This document shows positions 1 to 10,453 of a stretch of 64,000 nt of DNA, in pieces. The notes below the pieces were generated by a model. It was not told the origin of the DNA. It saw only the letters and a list, made by a program, of their open reading frames with translations, and did no database searches. Both the position numbers and the translations under genes were made by a program. This stretch comes from Minutocellus sp. GHC0000111 (taxonomy: Eukaryota). Positions within the stretch are counted from its first letter, which is position 1, and each line of letters opens with the position of its first letter. The stretch spans positions 4,278,001-4,342,000 of the forward strand of contig OZ361257.1 of assembly GCA_977018835.1 (NCBI GenBank). The letters run 5' to 3'.

Positions 1-874
1 CCAAGTTTCGAACCGAGATGTTCCATTTCTTCCTCATCAAGAACGATTACAAGCGTTGCAAGATGAGAGAATCGATCATTTCGTCTATCACGAGCAAATG
101 AGGTACGACCACGTCGAGAACGAGGAGGTCTCGCCATCGTTGGCACAACTAGATCTACACGTAGCGGACGGGCAAACGTGTTGTGCTGACTGCTCGAACA
201 CGAGAATAGTGGCTGATTGTTGCGCATCTTGCTTCAAAATATAACTAGGAGTATATATTTTATCATACTATCTATCTGGTACATGCATCCAACGCCTGGC
301 ATCATCGTCTCCGCGATCGGTTTGCCCAGTGTCTGGCCAAGCACTTCGTTTTTTATCCTTGCCTCTTTTTCGTTTCGGCCTCGATCGCTTTGGACGGGCT
401 TTTCTCTCTCGAATTTCCAAGGAAGTTTTCTGACGTGGCTGTTTTTCGCTTCCCTCAAAAACTCTCTTGTTTGGACTGCCTCTCATTTGTGGAAAGAGAG
501 CGAAAGCAAAGAGAGAGGAAGGATAGGAGGACAAGGAATTAGCTCTGGCCATCTAATCCTCCTTCACACAGCACGTCGCTCGCGTTGACAGATTACCACC
601 ACTCTGGTCTCGCTGCCCATATCGGCAGTGCGTAGTCCATATATATCCACGGTCGCATCTATTTCGTTTTGCGTCGAGTCTGAACTGTAACAAAAAACAG
701 ACAAGACCAACCGACCAACCAACCAACTTGGAGAAGAGGACAAGGTCAGCCAGAGCGTAGCTAGCTAAAAGGGTGCTCGTGCAGGGGCCAGCCCAGAGGG
801 AATTTCACGAGACCAAGCAGCTGCATTGCACCTTTGGCGGTTCGAGAGGCAAAGCGCAGTATTAATAATAAGCC

Positions 875-1234
875 ATGGCCCTCTCTCCGCAAACCTCCCG
901 GGCCTTCAAGCTCCTGACCATCGCCGCCACGACCGCCACCGGATTTCACTGCGTCTTCCGCACCGACTACGGCGATGAGGAGCACTGCTTCTCCGACCTG
1001 CAGCGGTGGTACAACGCCAAGATTGATTCGATGATGGGGATCGATACCAAGTACGTCGAGGCGGAGCGCATAGAGAGGTTGGAGGCGCAACGGAAAAGGG
1101 AGGAGGAGCTCAGGGCACGGGTGCAGGGCGCGGCACGACGGTTGGGGGAGGAACTCGACGATCGGCCCGGGGGACGAGGTAGAAAGCACGGAGGGCAGAG
1201 TTTAACGGAAGAGGTGGTGGTCAGGGAGCGATGA
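875..1234 (+). CDS. Small hypothetical protein (119 aa), N-terminal hydrophobic segment + coiled coil
   Basis: ATG in gccATGg context, GC3-rich codons, hydrophobic FKLLTIAATTATGFHCVF, then DYGDEEHCFS and a charged helix. Confidence 0.6.
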   Translation: MALSPQTSRAFKLLTIAATTATGFHCVFRTDYGDEEHCFSDLQRWYNAKIDSMMGIDTKYVEAERIERLEAQRKREEELRARVQGAARRLGEELDDRPGGRGRKHGGQSLTEEVVVRER

Positions 1235-1450
1235 TGGTGGTGGTTGTACACGTATATACCATGGTGCAAGGACCCGAGTAACGAGAGACGAGATATTTCC
1301 CTGCCGCCTACACCAAACGTGATATAATAGAACATGAATACAGAAGCGCTAAATTAAACATATGTATACTTGATCGAAGCAAGGCCGTTGTGCTGGTGTC
1401 AAAAACGTTTTCTCCGAGTTGATGACCTGTGTTGTTTTCTGAGCTCGTCA

Positions 1451-2530
1451 CTACAAAGAATCAACCTCGGCTGCTGGGTACTGCGAGAACGACGACGCCG
1501 AGTAAGTGCCGTTGGCCATCTCCACAATCTCCACCGACGAATCGTTGATGGGCACCACAATTCCGTCCTCCTCCGCCAACTCTCTCCCATTGGCATTCCT
1601 ATTCCTTTTGTTTCGATCGAGCAGCTCCTCGTCCTCCAACAATAGGGGAACAGCACGTGGATCGCAGCTTGAAATGAAGGCGCCGCGGCTGAACAGGCAG
1701 GTAAAGGCCGGGTTGCCCGTTGCCGCCAGCTTTTTCATCAAAATTGTGCCGCAGTTGTTGTCGACGGGGACGACGGGTTCGATGACGTTGCTGTTGGAGA
1801 CAGACGTTTGTTGTTGGAGGAACCGTCCGTCCTTGTTCTTGATGCGCTTCCTCCGTCCGCGCATCTGTGGTTGTAGGTATTGGCATGTAGAAAGGTTGAT
1901 TGTTTGGGCCAAGATATGTGAGTCAAAGTAGATATGCCCAAGGTATACCGATGTTGAGCAAGAACAGCACAGAAAGCAAAGCAAAGCCAAAGAATCAGCA
2001 AGTCAAGAACATACCACGGCCTTCTTAATTCTGCGCTTCTTGGTCTTTCGACGACGTTGGAGCTGTCGTTCGCCATGGTCGCTACCGGCGGCGATGCCAG
2101 CGTCGATCTCCATCTCTGCAACCCAATCTACCTCATGGTCATCCTCCTTGTCGAGCAGCTCCAGACCTCGTCCACCGTTCCTCGTCGAGCTCAGGCCCTG
2201 AACGGCCGGACCGCCGCCGTCGCCAAAGTCTAAATCCAGCACGCCAATCTTTTGGAGCTCGTCCTCGGTGATTTCCACCTCGTCAATGTAGATGCACGGG
2301 TCGGTGCACTCGTTCAAAGTTTCCTGCAGTATTTCGAGGAAGATCGCCCCGTCCCTCGGCTTGAACGGCTCCTCGGCACCGGGACCGTACAGCGTGATGA
2401 AGGCCGCCTCGGTGAAGGGGCTGGGATATCCGCCGCAAAGTCCCAAAAAGGCGCTGGGATCGTTGTTGGCATTGCTGTTGGTGTAGGTGTCGAACTTGAT
2501 GGCGTCGACGGCGAAGTTTTGGCGGATCAT
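1451..2530 (-). CDS. Hypothetical protein, 2 exons (intron 1865..2014); 5' end uncertain
   Basis: ORFs 2003..2611 and 1451..1990 join in frame through GTATGT...CCACAG (KKAV|MRGRRK). Several R-X-L motifs (RGL, RQL, RFL, REL). Confidence 0.6.
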
Positions 2531-2955
2531 GTTATCGTTAATGGACGAATGAATAATAACGGCTCTCTTGAATTTAGGAACTGGGCGAATAAGATATCGA
2601 TTCACACACAACCTTCTTTGACTTGAGTTGTTCTTTGCACATGCGTCGGATAAGTTTTGGTGCCGTGCTAGCGTGCGTCATGTAGTCGTGATGGGCCATT
2701 GTGTCGGATGTCCGTGTTTGCAAATAAATGATTTCCGTCGAGCGTCACGACGGAGAAAAAGGGCATAAACGTTTTATTCGAACGAGTCCATTGATGATAA
2801 TTGTTTGCTCTCAAAAACCCCGCATAAGTCAGCCGAAAGAGCTCAGCAACCTCAAGGCTGACTGAAGGACGGCCATGCATAACCCAACAACGAGTTCACA
2901 AAGGACAAATCGCCTCGTCTCTTAATACTTGTAAATTTTCAACCAGCAGCACAGT

Positions 2956-4227
2956 ATGCACCCCAAAACCTGTACATGTACCCTCCTCGGATCAGTTGCC
3001 CTGCTCATATCGTCCGCTGGCGCGGCCACGGCTACTTTGCTCCCAAGCGATGCTGTCAAAAGTGAAAAAGAACAGTTGCCGTCGTCATCTCAACTTTACG
3101 ACCAACAGCAGCATTTCCCTCAAGTAGGCAACCACCCCCGTCTCCTTCGATCAGCCCGTCGGACCAGCGGCATTGGCAACGGAGAGGCTCCAGCACAACC
3201 GGCACAAGATGGTGATTTGCAGACCAACTCAGCGACTACAATGCTCCTCAACCGGCCGACGCGACAGAGGGACCGCACGCTTTACGAATACGACGGCAAG
3301 CTCAAACTCAAGTGGGGCAACGATGGGCACGCTTCGGATAACCGCGTTGATATCACCGAAAAGGAGCATCGAGATATACCGAATGATCGAAATGGTGAAA
3401 ATAAGAACCCTCCTGCCGATGGCGACCATGATCAAGGTGACTCATCTACCCCAAACACGAGCACCGACGTCGATCCCATCCTGTACTACTGCACCCACGT
3501 GTACGCATGCGAGTTTCTCACCGCCCAAGTGCCCACCCTGACTTACGGTATGGAGACCCTCCCGTCGTACGAGGCCATGATCGTCCAATGCAAGGGCGTT
3601 ACCTCCACCTCGTCTCTTACGGATATCGAGTTTTGTGATGACGCGTGTGTATCGTACCAATCGGAGGCGGAGGCAATGTTGCAGCAAAAGGAGGCGACGA
3701 AGGCAGCGGTGGACATGGTGTGCAAGACCGCCCAGCAGCTGGAGGAGCAGTCGCCGTTCAAGATTACCGAGAATATATGCGATGACAACTTTGACGGGGT
3801 GGGAGGCATTGTACCACAAGGTTGCGTTGATACTATGCACATATGCAGCGATGGGACGGTCACTTGTCAAGGCGGGTCGATGCCCCATGAATCGTGCCCG
3901 GCAGTGGATGATTGCGATCGGTTCTGCCATTTGAATGTCGGAAAATTTCCGTGTGTATGCACGCAGAAAAAGGCAGCCGATGGAGAATTCTGGGTGGGTG
4001 GTACCGGAGAAGTTGAGGAGGAAGAGGAAGACGGTCCTTTGGTTGTGAAAAGCGAGGAGAGCGAAGAGAAAGGTGCCGCTGAAGCCTGGGTAGATACTGC
4101 CGAGGAGGAGATCGACGAAGCAGCGGTCGTGCTGGAGGCGGTTGAAGAGGAACAAAAAGTCGCCGCTGAAATTGAGGAGCTTCGGGCCAAAATCGCCCAG
4201 CTTGAGGCCATGGCGGGAGGGAAGTAG
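2956..4227 (+). CDS. Secreted acidic Cys-rich protein with C-terminal coiled coil
   Basis: 423 aa ORF, signal-peptide-like N-terminus, RLL motif, many Cys in the central part, acidic linker, terminal AEIEELRAKIAQLE. Confidence 0.75.
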   Translation: MHPKTCTCTLLGSVALLISSAGAATATLLPSDAVKSEKEQLPSSSQLYDQQQHFPQVGNHPRLLRSARRTSGIGNGEAPAQPAQDGDLQTNSATTMLLNRPTRQRDRTLYEYDGKLKLKWGNDGHASDNRVDITEKEHRDIPNDRNGENKNPPADGDHDQGDSSTPNTSTDVDPILYYCTHVYACEFLTAQVPTLTYGMETLPSYEAMIVQCKGVTSTSSLTDIEFCDDACVSYQSEAEAMLQQKEATKAAVDMVCKTAQQLEEQSPFKITENICDDNFDGVGGIVPQGCVDTMHICSDGTVTCQGGSMPHESCPAVDDCDRFCHLNVGKFPCVCTQKKAADGEFWVGGTGEVEEEEEDGPLVVKSEESEEKGAAEAWVDTAEEEIDEAAVVLEAVEEEQKVAAEIEELRAKIAQLEAMAGGK

Positions 4228-4395
4228 AGTGAGGCAGGACGCAGAAGTAGTATGTAACGTGAATTTACTTTACTTTCCAACCGCGCTCATAGCATCAGCA
4301 CGACTTTGGCTCTGCTTGAAAGAAAGTAACAGAAATCTTAGGTGCGCACGGATGAAAATAGATACAGGAAAGGCACCAAGACAAAGATGCGCTCT

Positions 4396-5052
4396 TTAGC
4401 GGCTGCACTGAGGAGCACTGTTGAAAATCTCCAAGACCTTGTCTTCATCGCAGCCGGCAACGCCAGCAAGAATACCACTTGCAGCACCATTGCCACCTCC
4501 ACGGCCACCTCCATTTGCGTACCGGATGGGGGTGCAGTCATCATCAGATTGCCAACAAACTCCTTTGCTTCCATCGACAACGCAATACTTTGAATTGAGC
4601 AGATCTTCAAAAAGGCGAGGATCGCAGCACGAGAAAGAAGCGTCGTTGTCGTCATCGGCAATGTAGACACCTCCATTTTGAATGCAAGCTTTCCCGGTTC
4701 CTTGTGCCGGGTAGTCGTCGGCGGAGTCGAGAAAGCCGTAATTGCTGTCACAACAACCATCAATGGCTGGAGGCGTTGTGCACTTGACGTCATACCTGAA
4801 GTCGTAACGGATTTCACCGTGCTTGAAATCAACGTAGCCATAGCTGGCGTAGTCGGAAGCGTCACACGGACCATCCAGATAACAACTACCACCACTCTTG
4901 CTCTTGCCAGTGCCACTGGTACCAAGTTTTCTAAACTCGACAGGTCCATCTGGAGTGTACTCGTCGACCTCGCCACGACGAATCTTGTTGGTCTTGAGGG
5001 AGACGGCAGGGGAGGCGAGGGGAGCGAGGAAGAAGGCGATGGCGAGCTTCAT
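4396..5052 (-). CDS. Secreted Cys-rich protein with RXL site and G/S/K segment (candidate cell-wall protein)
   Basis: Signal peptide MKLAIAFFLAPLASPAVS; RKL followed by GTSGTGKSKSGGS; D/G/Y/C-rich body. Confidence 0.75.
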   Translation of the reverse strand: MKLAIAFFLAPLASPAVSLKTNKIRRGEVDEYTPDGPVEFRKLGTSGTGKSKSGGSCYLDGPCDASDYASYGYVDFKHGEIRYDFRYDVKCTTPPAIDGCCDSNYGFLDSADDYPAQGTGKACIQNGGVYIADDDNDASFSCCDPRLFEDLLNSKYCVVDGSKGVCWQSDDDCTPIRYANGGGRGGGNGAASGILAGVAGCDEDKVLEIFNSAPQCSR

Positions 5053-5856
5053 GTTTCTTGTGCACTTGGATCTGATTTAGTGGAAGGTGATCATTCAAAG
5101 AAAGGAAAAGCAATTATCATTAGAGTATTGTTCGATTTGATAGATGTTTGTATGTAGATGCCATTATCTATAATCAGCACAACGCGTTTGTGCTTCGAGC
5201 AGTTCAAATAAATGCATGTAGCAGAGATTCAAACATGATACTTTGGAGAAAAAGAGTACGCCGAGGAGGATGGGAGAAATTAATGCACCAACAACCGGCT
5301 GCGAACAATCGATGCATGCAATTTCCATTCGGGGCCTTGCAACGGGTGATTCCGCACAACCTACCTTCAGATAACAATCAAAATCATTGAAGAATGCCGA
5401 TCAGGTTCCGATATCCAACCAAAAAACGAGCAACTGCAACGGTGAAAGAAAGTTGTGAAGCAAAATTTGGTGGCATCAATTGCAAAGGAGTACGTTTCAC
5501 AATTTCGAGCAGAAAGCTCGCGAAAAGTAACAACAAACGAATGATGGAATGCAACGGCAAAGCTGCTGCTCTGCGGTACATGTACGTAGCTACGCAGAGA
5601 GAAGAGGCCTCCATACATACATGTACATGTGTACATACATGTACTTCACGCCAGGATATCGGTGGACCGGTACGGTAGATGATCTGCACGTGACTACCCT
5701 GATAATGTAGCTTCACTACCGGTATGTAGCTACTTGCCATAATTCAAACGATAGCTGATAGCACGGTCACGCACCGGTACATGTACATGTAGATCTAGCT
5801 TCTTTAACCATTAATTACACACAACCAAAAAACTCAAGAGAGAAATCTCACTAATC

Positions 5857-7535
5857 TCACGACACAACGCCCTTTGAGCTCTCGACGAGGGGTTCCTCGG
5901 CCCCTGATCTATGCTTCTTTTCTGCTTTCCTTGCACATGCATAGACCATGAATCCAACAACAAGCGCGGCGAGGGACGATCCGAACCAAATAAGCGACTT
6001 TTCGCTGAGCCCAAGTGAATCCTTGCTGTAATTGTAGGCTGAAGCGAACCTACCAAATCTTCCGAAGCCACCCGAGCCCAAAACAGTACCAAACAATTCA
6101 ATCTCGACGATAGTTCCTTGCTCAGACGCCAAGGCGACATCACGAAAGTTGGCGGTCAGCATTTGGGTTTTCGTTCGAAACTTCATACACTGGTTGACGC
6201 TGGTGTAATCTGCATCGTCGTAGCACGCACACTTGGTTCCATCGTCGGTCTCCTGATGATCGTCTTGGTTGTAATTGTTGCTTCAGTCATTGCTCAGATC
6301 GTACGCCTTGCACGGCTGGAACTTTTTGAATATGTCGAACGCGTTGTTCCAAGACTCTAGATTCTGTGCCAGAGTGGCGGTGGTACCGTATCCATCTTCG
6401 CCCTCTGCGTCTCCAATGTAGGTTTCAATCACCGTGACTGGGTCGCTAGATCCAGTGTACTCCTTGACGCAGGATTGGTCGGTGTAAAGGCCAAACGTTA
6501 GGCGCCCTTCCGGGAGAGGCTTCATGTCATAGTATAAGTAATTTCCGGCATCGTCGGTCTGGTCGGTCTGCGTGCAACCACAGGGCCATGCATCGCGGTT
6601 GTACTGCATGAATTCGTACTCCTCTTCGGTCCAGACGCAAACACCTTCATGCTTGAACAGCTGTTCCATCCAAGAGTGGTAGTTGGGCTCCTTGAAGAGA
6701 CCAAGAAGCTTGAAGTTGGTATCGCTGAGATGGCAGTCGAACTTGGCGCATCGACCAGACTCGGCGACGCAGGAATCGGTATTCCAGCTGCCGGTATGAC
6801 GGTTGAAGAACTGATATTCTCCAATACCTTCTCCGTTGTAGTCCAAATCGACGTACTGCAAAAGGGCGGGCAAATATGTGCGTTAGATAGGAAGATTGGA
6901 ATCGACAAAAGTATGTTCAAGGAATGATAATATGGAATAGTCGCCTTCGGCCTATTTCTATTCCTTCTCTAATGATCAAGCAAATCACACAACTCTACTC
7001 ACCGCAGCCCAGAGAAGATACCGAACACAATTCCTCACAGCATTTCCATCCTTGTCATACTGGACCTCCTGCCCGCCCTCCTGATCACCGCCTCCATCCT
7101 CGTCATATCCCCAGCAATCGCTCTGCGTCTCGTACGGACTATCACAGTCGATGTAAATCCCAACAGCCGCCAGGCCTGGGCATATTCATCGTAGTACGTC
7201 TCACCGCCATCGATAAACTGCTTGGAATACTCGTCCCGACCGGCACCGTCGAGCAAAAATCTGTCTCGCACCGCCCGCAATCGACGGGCCGTTACGGGAT
7301 CTTCGTCGGCAAAGTCGTTCGGCTGGTATTCCAGACGGGACCCGCTGGCGTCGGTGATGGACATCCAGTCTTGTCCGGTGGTGGGGAGGTTGTCCTTGTC
7401 GAGCAGACCTTGGATGGTTGGCATGGATTGCTCGGTGGATGGAGTAGTTGCGTGGGATGCCGATGATGTGCTGGCTCCGGCAGCAGCAACCATGCCGGCA
7501 GTGGCCGCGACGCTGGCGAGAGGAGTCGACTTCAT
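5857..7535 (-). CDS. Silicanin-like type I membrane protein (intron 6856..7002; -1 frameshift at 7155..7157; in-frame TGA at 6283..6285)
   Basis: Signal peptide, RRL site, YYDEYAQAWRLLGF[Y]IDC, RYLLWAA|YVD splice (GTGAGT...TTGCAG), Cys/Asp/Tyr-rich lumenal domain with GLYTDQSC, TM helix LIWFGSSLAALVVGFMVYAC, short tail with EEPLV. The two 3' ORFs are in the same frame across one TGA. Confidence 0.65.
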
Positions 7536-8015
7536 TGTGTTCTAACGCGGGTTACTTTTGATTTCGCTTCTTTTGAATTTTTTTATCACGTGCGAGTAGC
7601 AACGTAACAATTGTAGCATATATCGACTGAAGGGAGGGTAAACAACAATACCGACCCAAAGTGCTTAGCAGTAGGATGAAAGCCTTCCCAAGAATTCAAC
7701 GCATTGCCATCTAATCATCAGTTGTTCCCCGTTGGCTTTGCATTCATTCCGTTCTTCTTCCGCCCATAAGTGAAAGTTCTTTCGACTTCCAACCCAACGC
7801 TCTCTTCTTGTTTGCATTTGTTTTGCGGGCCGATGGCGCAAAAATTTGGCGCCACGACGAAAATGTGCTATGCAGCCCCCACCCTACCGCAGAAGCTCTT
7901 CACATGACTGACGCCCACACGCCTGCCTTTATGTATCTGCAAATACATTGACCTAGACAGCATAGCTCTTACTTTGGTGTATCTTTTTCTGAAATTCAAA
8001 GCAGCATCACACATC

Positions 8016-9668
8016 ATGAAGCTCGGCTGCTCCGCGGCCCTCTTGCTATGGGCGGCCACAATCGCGTCCGTCGTCGAGGCAGTGTCCCGAGACAATTCGT
8101 ACTACCGACCCAGATTCGTCAACCCGAACCTCGACAAGCATCCGCTGTACCACAAGAATGCCAAGAACGTTCTGGAGAATCTATCGAGCTTCAAGGCTCT
8201 GTATGTCAAGTACGAGAACTGTGCCTGGGCCTACTATTGCAACCCGTACGCGAACCGGTACAACGACGAGGAGAATTACGGTTGGGACGAAGTCGGTGGC
8301 GGTGACGATGGCGACGGCAACGGAGGAGGGGGAGGGGTCAAGGTCCGTGGATGCGGCTACAACAGCGGCGGCGGGGGAGATTACGGCGGCGAGTCCAGCC
8401 ACTGGTACATGGGCCGCGTGCCCTGCTTCCGTGCCCAGGCCGCCTATTCGTTGTACGGGATTCCCGCTGATGGGTCCATCAGTGATGACAAGAAATGTCA
8501 AAAGGCCACATACATCAATTCGTTTTTTTCCACCATGGGTGTTGAGGCGTTTGCCGCGCCGCTGGGTGTAGATACCACCTATGGAAACGCATACTGCACC
8601 ATGATCCCACCCGAGGATGGGGACGTGATCATCAACGACGACGACGATGACTACTATCACGATTACAAGTACAACTTCCAAGCCTTTACCAGCTACGGCA
8701 CCGGATGCTCTCGGGGCAAATTTGTCACCGACGCGTATCAGGGCGCCTTTTGCGATGGCAACGAGTACGAAAAGACCACCGATACCCTCGACGACTTCAA
8801 CAAGGCCCTGAATGAGTTGGACTGTGTTCAGATCTACGATGCCGAAACGTCGGGATATGCCTTTAACAACGGGGGTGGAGACGACGAGCAGGTCTACACG
8901 GACAACAACGGATACAACTTTTACTACGATACCAAGGACTACACCGAGCTGGCCGATACGCCCGTCGCTATGCTGGAGTACTCCATCGCATGCGATGTTG
9001 ATCAGTATCCCGATAGCTGTCCCGATCCACATGGACTGCTGAGAAAGTACAAGACGGCACTGATGAGGGCTTTGAGCTTCAATGATTTGGTCACCAAGAG
9101 CAGAGGGGAGAAGGTATTGAATGCGATTACTGGCTTCTTGTTCTTCTTTGGATTTCTTTTCGTGGTAGCCGCCATTCGGAAGCGACGCCGCATGGCGTCC
9201 ATGCCCAAGATTGATAGTGGTGAGCTGGTTGGTGGGTCTCGGTCTGCACCGGCCTCGGCATCTAGCCCGCCCAAGAAAAAACGGTCTAGATCAAGGTCGT
9301 TGTCACGGAAGAGGACTGGAGAGAGCAAGGCGGCGAATGAACCGGAGGCCATGCATACCCGGCAGCCGTCGGCCATTTCTATTGCGGCAGCATCTGTGGC
9401 TGCTTCGGTGGCGGCCTCGGTCGCTGGCGTCAAGGAGGCCATGAGTCCCAGCAGCAAGGGTGCTGATGCTGGCGACGGTACTTCTGCCGCAAAAGAAAAT
9501 TCTACCAAGGTCGTGGTAGATGATGACGCCACGTCGTACTATGCTCCTGGTGACGACGGCGTTCTGGTTCATAAGATGAAGATGGACAGCGCAAGTGGCG
9601 GTTCGGCTCAGAGCAAGAAGGCAAAGAAGAAGTCTGGCGGCTTGTTCGGTCGATTCCGGAAGCGCTAA
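8016..9668 (+). CDS. Silicanin-like type I membrane protein
   Basis: Signal peptide from ATG 8016; acidic Tyr/Asn/Cys-rich lumenal domain (LYVKYENCAW, WYMGRVPCFRA, INSFF, GTGCSRGKF...C); TM VLNAITGFLFFFGFLFVVAAI + RKRRR; Ser/Lys-rich cytosolic tail. Confidence 0.65.
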   Translation: MKLGCSAALLLWAATIASVVEAVSRDNSYYRPRFVNPNLDKHPLYHKNAKNVLENLSSFKALYVKYENCAWAYYCNPYANRYNDEENYGWDEVGGGDDGDGNGGGGGVKVRGCGYNSGGGGDYGGESSHWYMGRVPCFRAQAAYSLYGIPADGSISDDKKCQKATYINSFFSTMGVEAFAAPLGVDTTYGNAYCTMIPPEDGDVIINDDDDDYYHDYKYNFQAFTSYGTGCSRGKFVTDAYQGAFCDGNEYEKTTDTLDDFNKALNELDCVQIYDAETSGYAFNNGGGDDEQVYTDNNGYNFYYDTKDYTELADTPVAMLEYSIACDVDQYPDSCPDPHGLLRKYKTALMRALSFNDLVTKSRGEKVLNAITGFLFFFGFLFVVAAIRKRRRMASMPKIDSGELVGGSRSAPASASSPPKKKRSRSRSLSRKRTGESKAANEPEAMHTRQPSAISIAAASVAASVAASVAGVKEAMSPSSKGADAGDGTSAAKENSTKVVVDDDATSYYAPGDDGVLVHKMKMDSASGGSAQSKKAKKKSGGLFGRFRKR

Positions 9669-10453
9669 AAGATATTTTCAATTGTCCTCGATTCGTAGAT
9701 GGCGGCCTTTTGCATTTGTTTTTGCTCTGCAACAAACCTATATGTAACGCAATATCCATAGTTATCTGTTCCAAACGAGAATTTATTGTTGGTTTATCTT
9801 CACATGAATGAGATCTATTTGTCATGCACATGTACTTCCTCTCATGTGTACAATTTCTTTGTAATGACATCATTGCGTTGATTGACTGAAAACAGCGAAC
9901 GCATGTTACTCATTGTGTGTGCTTCAACTTGTCGTCAAGTTTTCATTCCTTTAGGGATGTTCAAATGATAGGATGCCCTTTGGAGTACGTCGTCATGCCA
10001 GGGGGAATGCGAAAGGTATACCATAAAGGCCCCTTCTTCGGTGACTCCATGCGAAGCAACTGGTGACTCCCTCCCCACCACATGTATGCCCATCGACACT
10101 TTGGCTCCTCCCTGTGGGGAGCTGCATTGCCCGCATTTTTCAAAGGCGGCAGCGCACTTTTTGATGCCCTGGAAGTTAATCTGCGCTGCTGTAGGTGCTG
10201 GATCGTCTACTACGCCATATTTGAACCAGGCGTCTTCCGGTACATGTAACTACCGGTAATTGGAGAGCCGAGTCGTCGCGGAGATTGTCACTCCCGCATA
10301 CCCCAAATCATCAGGTCGCGCCCCATTTTTCTTCATCGACGTCATTTCGAACCGCCCATCTACCCAATTCTGGTCCCGCCTCCTCCACGCCATGAAAGCA
10401 AGTGAGCGCCGGCCACCGCACAAAATCTCACCAAGCAAGCAACAGGCCAAGCC

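Noticed and set aside
1..137. Minus-strand ORF MARPPRSRRG... running off the left edge
   Set aside because: Only 45 codons are visible; no recognisable motif.
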